This document shows, one piece after another, positions 57,862 through 64,000 of a DNA stretch of 64,000 bases; positions within the stretch are counted from its first letter, which is position 1, and each line of letters starts with the position of its first letter. Below the pieces are notes generated by a model that was not told the origin of the DNA, ran no database searches, and worked only from the letters and a program-made list of their open reading frames with translations. The position numbers were made by a program, and so were the translations under genes. The DNA lies in contig OY760937.1 in assembly GCA_963664225.1 (NCBI GenBank), forward strand, positions 352,001 through 416,000, read 5' to 3'. Source of the stretch: Verrucomicrobiia bacterium. GTDB lineage: Bacteria > Verrucomicrobiota > Verrucomicrobiia > Limisphaerales > UBA1319.

Positions 57862-60507
57862 ATGAAATTTCACCAGAAAGAGTTTCGCCACACCGCGCTG
57901 ATCGTGATGGCGATGGTCCTCCTGCAAAGCAGGATCGGGTTAGCCGCAAACCCCGGTCCCACAGCGGTGGATTTTCAATACTCGCCACCGGAATGGCAGA
58001 CGGCCATCTGCCTGCCGGACGATCCTGACAAATCGCTCGTGGATCGCAGCGGCGAACTGCTCTATCACTACAACCAGGGCGGGCGCGAGTTCGGCACCCG
58101 GGTGAGCGTCGAAGCGGTTGGGAATGCGGTCTGGCAGAAACAGGAGTTGCTCTCGCCGCGTGTGCCCATTGTAATCACGCACCGCCTCGCGGAAGGGCTC
58201 GAAATCACCGAGGAAGCTTTCGCCATCACCGATCTGCCGCAACCGAGCGCGAAGTTAAGTCGCAAGGGATCCTCGGCCAGTACTAACCTGCCGCAAACAA
58301 CAGGCACGAGGCTGGTGTTGCTGCGTGTCGATAAGGGCGGACGCGAGAGGAACTGGGCCAAGCCGCCCAGTGGCGTAGATGCATCGTTTGGCGATATCGC
58401 GGTCCATCAGGAGGGCAGTCTGGAATACACCGTTGCCGTTTCGGCGGGCGCCGCGTATCGCATTGCACTGGTATTGTGTGAAGGTTGGTGGAGCGAGACT
58501 GGGAAGCGTGTTCAGGTTTTAAGAGTGGAAGGCGCAGCTCCACGGACAATCGATACCGTGGCCGATCTCGGGAAGAACAAGGCAGGTGTCTTTTGGTTCG
58601 ACGCGAAAGACACCAATGCCGACGGGCGGATCGAAGTAACCGTTGAAGCCGCTGGGGCCGACAAAAACACCATCCTCAACGGGCTATATGTTCTGGCCCC
58701 GGATGCCAATCCGGACAGTGAGGCGTTGTTGGCGGGCCGGATGAAGTCATTGGCTTTCGAGCGCATGAGCACCGCTCATTCCAGCGGGCCTGCGCGCAAC
58801 GATCTGATACTCGTCCACGTTAATAACACCACGTTGCAGGAATACACCCTGCGGCCCAGACTTATTGTGGATACGACCTTGCCGTTCACCTTCCAACCCG
58901 ACACCCAGCGGGTGCAGGTTAACGAACACGAGACCATCACGTCCTCACTGAAAATGATCGGCATGGCGGACGAGAGTTCATCGCGGCGCGCGATCCAACT
59001 CGAATCGCTCACTGTGCAGCCGGGCCAGAGCGCCACATTTTTTGCCCTGTATAGCGGCGGCGGCGCAATTGAGATCGAGCCAGCGTCTGTGAAAAAAGCC
59101 CTGAAGTATCGCGAACAGGCGGTGACGTATTGGCAAAAGGCACCTCTGCCGTACGGACGCGTTCAGGTGCCGGATGCGGGGATTCAAGGATTGGTGGATT
59201 CATCCATCCGCAACATCTGGCAGGCGCGGGAAATCAAAAAGGGCCTGCCGGCATTCCAGGTAGGGCCGACCTGCTATCGGGGGCTCTGGATTGTGGATGG
59301 CGCGTTCCTCCTGGAGGCCGCCGAGCTCCTGGGCGCTGGAGCGGAAGCCCGCAACGGCGTGGCCTACGAACTGACTTATCAGCAACCGGACGGGCGCATC
59401 CAGGTGATGCAGAATTTCTCCAAGGAAAACGGAATCGTGCTCTGGACATGCGTTCGCCACGCGCAACTCACCCAGGACAAGGCCTGGCTTGCAGCTCTAT
59501 GGCCCAAGCTGGAGCGCATTGCCGAACATATCAAAACGCTGCGGCAGCAGACTTTGACAAACGCCTCAAAGCTCGACGACGGATTGCTGCCCGCCGGTTT
59601 TCCGGACGGCGGAATCGGCGGCGTGATGGATGAATATACGAACCCCTATTGGAACCTCGTGGGCCTGCACGCCTTTATAGACGCGGCGCATTGGCTCGGC
59701 AAAACGGATTCTGCGGCGGTTTGGCGAAGAGAATATGATGACTTCATGGCCGCGTTCCGCAAGGCGTCGCAGCGCGACATGAAAATAGATGCGCATGGGC
59801 ACCCTTATCTGCCCATTCGCATGGATGGTCAGGACCTGCCTCAACGTGGGCAATGGGCTTTTTGCCAGGCGGTTTATCCGGGTCAGATATTTGCCAGGGA
59901 TGAGGCATTGGTCGCGGGCAACATGGCGATGCTGCAAGAGACCGAACGCGAAGGCATGGTCTATGGCACCGGCTGGGATCCGACCGGTATCTGGAATTAC
60001 TTTGCGTCTTTTTACGGGCATGCCTGGCTCTGGCAGGGCAATGGCCAGAAGGCGGCGAAAGTGCTTACGGCCTATGCAAACCATGCCGCGCCAACATTGG
60101 TCTGGCGCGAGGAACAATCATTGCGGGGTGAAAAATTCAATAAAGTGGGCGACATGCCGCACAACTGGGCGAGCGCTGAATTCATCCGGCTGACCATTCA
60201 CCTCCTGGCGCTGGATCGCGGCGATGAACTGCACTTGCTGGAGGGTCTGCCGCCGGAGTGGACCGGCCCTGTAATGACCACACGCCTCAGTGGAGTGGCC
60301 ACCCCGTTCGGCCCGCTCGAGATGGTTTTAAAAACCGATCGCGCGGGAAAAATGGCGACACTGAAAGTCAAACCGTTAGCCGATAACTGCAGCGCCATTG
60401 TGGTGCATCTGCCTGATGGCGGCACCCAAAAGATTTCTCCCGCCAAAGGCGGCACGATTACTTTTCCGGTGGGCAATTCAGGTGGCCGGACTCACGAAAA
60501 GCAATGA
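57862..60507 (+). CDS. Secreted six-hairpin glycosidase-like protein with malectin-like insert
   Basis: Signal peptide; YRGLWIVDG, GDMPHNWASAEF, C-terminal TPFGPL. Confidence 0.65.
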   Translation: MKFHQKEFRHTALIVMAMVLLQSRIGLAANPGPTAVDFQYSPPEWQTAICLPDDPDKSLVDRSGELLYHYNQGGREFGTRVSVEAVGNAVWQKQELLSPRVPIVITHRLAEGLEITEEAFAITDLPQPSAKLSRKGSSASTNLPQTTGTRLVLLRVDKGGRERNWAKPPSGVDASFGDIAVHQEGSLEYTVAVSAGAAYRIALVLCEGWWSETGKRVQVLRVEGAAPRTIDTVADLGKNKAGVFWFDAKDTNADGRIEVTVEAAGADKNTILNGLYVLAPDANPDSEALLAGRMKSLAFERMSTAHSSGPARNDLILVHVNNTTLQEYTLRPRLIVDTTLPFTFQPDTQRVQVNEHETITSSLKMIGMADESSSRRAIQLESLTVQPGQSATFFALYSGGGAIEIEPASVKKALKYREQAVTYWQKAPLPYGRVQVPDAGIQGLVDSSIRNIWQAREIKKGLPAFQVGPTCYRGLWIVDGAFLLEAAELLGAGAEARNGVAYELTYQQPDGRIQVMQNFSKENGIVLWTCVRHAQLTQDKAWLAALWPKLERIAEHIKTLRQQTLTNASKLDDGLLPAGFPDGGIGGVMDEYTNPYWNLVGLHAFIDAAHWLGKTDSAAVWRREYDDFMAAFRKASQRDMKIDAHGHPYLPIRMDGQDLPQRGQWAFCQAVYPGQIFARDEALVAGNMAMLQETEREGMVYGTGWDPTGIWNYFASFYGHAWLWQGNGQKAAKVLTAYANHAAPTLVWREEQSLRGEKFNKVGDMPHNWASAEFIRLTIHLLALDRGDELHLLEGLPPEWTGPVMTTRLSGVATPFGPLEMVLKTDRAGKMATLKVKPLADNCSAIVVHLPDGGTQKISPAKGGTITFPVGNSGGRTHEKQ

Positions 60508-60572
60508 AATGCGGGAGTGGTATTTGAAGTGTAGTTTTGGATTCTGATCGCATCTGCAACAAGAACGAACGC

Positions 60573-62426
60573 ATGAAAACCATCTGCCGGGCATTGATCG
60601 CAGGAATGCTGATTGCCATGATTGCCATTGGCGTGGCGTGCGCCATGGCGGAGTCGGACTCCGCTCAAACGAAGGTCGCCGTATTGCGGGGCGTGGTCGT
60701 CGATGCGGAAACGGGTTTGCCGGAGCCATGCACGGTCGCGATTATCGATTCGAAGGGTCGAACGGTTTTGGAGTCGGAGGGATTCAAGGACGGTTTTCGC
60801 TGCGATGGACGGTTTGAGAAGCAGTTGCCTCCGGGCCGGACGCGCGTGCGGGTGACGCGGGGATTTGAGGTGGTGGCAGAGGAGCGAACTGTGGAGCTGG
60901 CCCGGGGAAGGGAGGTCCGCATGGAGTTTCGTCTGAAACGAAGAGTCGATGTGCGCCGACGCGGCTGGTTTGCGGGGGACAGTCACGCGCACATGATTCA
61001 TGGCGAAAACAAGTTGCCGGTTGATTTTAACGACGTGGCACTGGCGGCAAAGGCCGAAGACTTGCAGTTCCTTTCGCTGGCGCAGGCGTGGTCAATGGAG
61101 AATCCCACGCCGGAAAAGCTCGAAGCCGAATTGAGCCGCAGGTCCAGTCCCGACTGCGCCCTGACCTGGAACATGGAAGCGCCCAAGAACTATTACCGGG
61201 GCGATGCGGGCCGCTGCCTGGGCCATTGCTGGACGCTGGGACTGCGCGGACGCACCGGCAGCGGACGGGACGCCATCTCGCTGCTCATGGAGGCCAGCGC
61301 GCACGATTACGAATCCGCCAAGCCGGGTTTCGCCAACTTTGAATCGCATCAATTCATCCATGAACAGGGAGGCGCGGTCTTTTACAGCCATCCCGCGCGG
61401 TGGTGGACGGGACCGTGGGGAGGCCAGGGCGGTTATGCGAAACAGGAGAACATGCGCATTTCCAACATGGCGGTGGAGCTCCCCTTGGACACTTTGATCG
61501 GGCCCACTTACGATGGCCTGGATGTGATGACCAGCAGCGGCGAACTTCAGGCCAACGGGCTGGCCTTCGACCTTTGGTGCCTGTTGCTCAACCACGGTTG
61601 GCGCGTGGCCGCCACCGCGTCATCGGATTCCTGTTTTGATCGTCCGGGCGGGGCGACTCCCGGGGATGTGCGGACTTATGCTTATCTGGAAGGCGGATTT
61701 TCCTTTCCGGCTGTGGCCAAGGCAACGGCCCTGGGTCGGACGTTTGTAACCAGCGGCCCGCTGCTGCTGGCCGCATTGGAGAAGCAACCGCCCGGCTCGT
61801 CTTTCGCCGCCGACGGGCACAAACGAACACTTACCCTGGAGGCCTGGGCCTCCGGCGCGGATGATCAGGGATTGGGCAAAATGGAAGTGCTGCGCAACGG
61901 GGTGTTGTTCTGGAGCAACCAATGGTCGCAGCCCTGTCTCAGCGCGAAAACCAATATCGTGATCACCGAGGACCAGAACGCCTGGTATTGCGCGCGGGTC
62001 TTCGGAACCGGCGCCCGTCAGCCGCGCGCCATTAGTGGGGCGTTTTATTTCGAATCAAAACCGTATGAACCGCCCGCTCCCATTCCGGCCAGCGTGCGTG
62101 TTTCACTGGTGGACAGGCAATCCGGCGCAAAACTTTCCGGGAAGGTGACCGAGGTGTTTTTCAAGGCATCGCTGCAGAGCGACGGAAAATCACATGCCAT
62201 TACGGGCGGCGAAGGCGAACTAACCACACCGGCAATTGCGAGGCTTCGCGCGGAAGTTCCCGGCTACGAACCGCTGTGCCTGAGTCCCTTTCTTGATAAT
62301 CCGGAATTGCTGAATACCATTACGGGTCTCAAAGCGGAGGATCTGGTCAAGTGGGTGACATTCGAACGCGTGCGGGCATTACTCGGCAGGGTCCAGTTGG
62401 AATTTCAGCTTCAGCGCAAACCGTAG
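60573..62426 (+). CDS. CehA/McbA-like PHP metallohydrolase
   Basis: GWFAGDSHAH, YSHP, ASSDS, GRTFVTSGP. Confidence 0.75.
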   Translation: MKTICRALIAGMLIAMIAIGVACAMAESDSAQTKVAVLRGVVVDAETGLPEPCTVAIIDSKGRTVLESEGFKDGFRCDGRFEKQLPPGRTRVRVTRGFEVVAEERTVELARGREVRMEFRLKRRVDVRRRGWFAGDSHAHMIHGENKLPVDFNDVALAAKAEDLQFLSLAQAWSMENPTPEKLEAELSRRSSPDCALTWNMEAPKNYYRGDAGRCLGHCWTLGLRGRTGSGRDAISLLMEASAHDYESAKPGFANFESHQFIHEQGGAVFYSHPARWWTGPWGGQGGYAKQENMRISNMAVELPLDTLIGPTYDGLDVMTSSGELQANGLAFDLWCLLLNHGWRVAATASSDSCFDRPGGATPGDVRTYAYLEGGFSFPAVAKATALGRTFVTSGPLLLAALEKQPPGSSFAADGHKRTLTLEAWASGADDQGLGKMEVLRNGVLFWSNQWSQPCLSAKTNIVITEDQNAWYCARVFGTGARQPRAISGAFYFESKPYEPPAPIPASVRVSLVDRQSGAKLSGKVTEVFFKASLQSDGKSHAITGGEGELTTPAIARLRAEVPGYEPLCLSPFLDNPELLNTITGLKAEDLVKWVTFERVRALLGRVQLEFQLQRKP

Positions 62427-62503
62427 CGGGCGCCAGACAGGCCGGGTCTCATTACCGCGCGGCCCTGATGCGCTTTATCTCATCAGGGCGCGCCGAATTC
62501 CTT

Positions 62504-63391
62504 TTACAGAGTGGCGTCCATCACGCCGCGGTAATAGCCGATCGATTCGGCCACTCCGAGCATCGGATCGTCCATGTCCTTCTCGTATTCCAGGCTGCAC
62601 ATGCCGCTGTATTTGATCTTGCGAAGTGCGAGGACGAATGCCGTCATATTGATGGCCCCGCGCGGCAGCTCGATGCCCCGGCCCTTTTTGTCCGACGAGG
62701 TCACGTTCTTGATGTGGATGTCGTGGATGCGATCGGCGAATTGGGTCACGGTCTTGACCGGGTCCTTGCCGTCGCGGAATTGATGCCCGATGTCCAGGCA
62801 AAGGCCCACGCGCTTGTCCATGTCCTTGATGAGTTCCATGGCGCTGTCGGCGCTGGGGAAAAGCTCCGGCATGTCCGGGCCGTGGTTATGGATGGCGTAT
62901 TTGATGTCGTATTCCTGGACCTTCTCGTTCACCAGCTTGAGCAGTTCGGGCGATGACACGCGCTTCTTGTCCACGAGCTTGAACGGCACGCCCACGAGGG
63001 TCTTCACGCCCACGCGTTTGGCATAGGCGAAGGCGCTGTTCACTTCCTCCTCGGTGCCCATGTAGATCGGGCCCACGCCGTATCCGGTGATGCCGAAACT
63101 CTTGCACTTGGCATGAAACGCGGCGATTTCTTCATCCGTGCTTTTCAGGGGCAGGTGAAAATCCTTGATGCACAGGTAGTGGACATCCACTTTTTTGACC
63201 ATCTCGAGGGTCGGATCGAGTTTGAATTTGACGAACGTGTAGCCCGCAATGCCGAGCCGCAGCGGTTCCTGCGTGCTGCCGTCCGTGGTGGACCGCTGTG
63301 CATGGGCCGTGCTGGTGAATAGCGCCGGACCGCCCACAGCGACTGCCGTGGCGACACTGGCCCGTTTGAAAAAGGAACGTCGTGAGATCAT
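62504..63391 (-). CDS. Sugar phosphate isomerase/epimerase (Tat signal)
   Basis: SRRSFFK, AIHNHG, LDIGH, IHIKN, SLEYE. Confidence 0.87.
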   Translation of the reverse strand: MISRRSFFKRASVATAVAVGGPALFTSTAHAQRSTTDGSTQEPLRLGIAGYTFVKFKLDPTLEMVKKVDVHYLCIKDFHLPLKSTDEEIAAFHAKCKSFGITGYGVGPIYMGTEEEVNSAFAYAKRVGVKTLVGVPFKLVDKKRVSSPELLKLVNEKVQEYDIKYAIHNHGPDMPELFPSADSAMELIKDMDKRVGLCLDIGHQFRDGKDPVKTVTQFADRIHDIHIKNVTSSDKKGRGIELPRGAINMTAFVLALRKIKYSGMCSLEYEKDMDDPMLGVAESIGYYRGVMDATL

Positions 63392-63493
63392 GCGCCAGTT
63401 GTAGCGCCGGATGGGCTGGTTGTAAACAGGGAGTGTGGGAATATTCAAGGAGGGCTATTGCCCTATAATCCAATTGCTTTCGCAAAGCTCCGG

Positions 63494-64000
63494 CTACAAC
63501 TGCTTCATGTCGATGGGAGCGTTCTCCAATATCACCATTTTTTCGCGCAGGTCGGAAGCGAGAACTTCAACAGTGGGTTGCGGCAATTCTCCTTCCACAG
63601 TCATTTGAATCGAATGATTGTCTTCAACGTAACGGACGACAATTCCATCCACCTTGTTTCTAAAAACGTTGTATTCCTCCTCCACTTTGGGCATTTGCTC
63701 ATGTGGAATTGCAGGACAATACAAGATTTTCAGCAAGTCAAGATCAGGTGAAGCACCTAATTCCACTCTCAATTTCTCCATCTCATCATGGAATTCTTTT
63801 TCCCAATTAAATTCACGAGACCACAGCGCCTGTCGAATATGCCATATATGGTTGGGTTTCCCGTCTTGTCTGACGATCTCCCAGCGTTGCCAATTCCGTT
63901 CTGTGATGCGCTCCCAACGCCAATCGGTGAGGTGTAGTCGCCAGTCGTTGATGTTCTCAACTAGAGAACTTTCCTTCCCGCTGTGGACCAACAGCCCACG
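63494..64000 (-). CDS. Hypothetical protein, C-terminal part (runs off the window)
   Basis: Frame remains open to position 64000. Confidence 0.55.
   Translation of the reverse strand, partial: RGLLVHSGKESSLVENINDWRLHLTDWRWERITERNWQRWEIVRQDGKPNHIWHIRQALWSREFNWEKEFHDEMEKLRVELGASPDLDLLKILYCPAIPHEQMPKVEEEYNVFRNKVDGIVVRYVEDNHSIQMTVEGELPQPTVEVLASDLREKMVILENAPIDMKQL

Overview
Bacterial chromosomal window. Gene content (DUF1559/H-X9-DG prepilin-like protein, RRM-RGG protein, BspA-type LRR proteins, many secreted CAZymes) suggests a Verrucomicrobiota-like host; this is inference. 1-17.8 kb is mostly housekeeping (rpmH-rnpA-yidD-yidC-jag, tatD, GH30, LptF/G permease, xseA, nnr, metG, tRNA-Leu(GAG)), with a small cluster of cassette-like ORFs and degenerate attC-like sites at 5.9-7.3 kb. 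A ~32 kb integrative element (17821-49835, 8-bp direct repeat GCACCACT) sits in the 3' end of the tRNA-Leu. It encodes a large serine recombinase whose own 3' end contains the att site, two VirD4/TraD-like ATPases, a Replic_Relax relaxase, a primase-like protein, ArdC, CoiA, a signal-peptide RHS toxin/immunity locus and an AT-rich HD-hydrolase/membrane protein/methyltransferase trio. The most unusual feature is a second, intact, inverted 493-bp copy of the circular attP junction inside the element (19618-20110). It could let the element keep or restore a full-length integrase while integrated, and it includes a highly structured, tRNA-like non-coding arm. 50-64 kb holds LRR surface proteins, carbohydrate-active enzymes and a permease. 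All family assignments come from motif recognition by eye; no searches were run.
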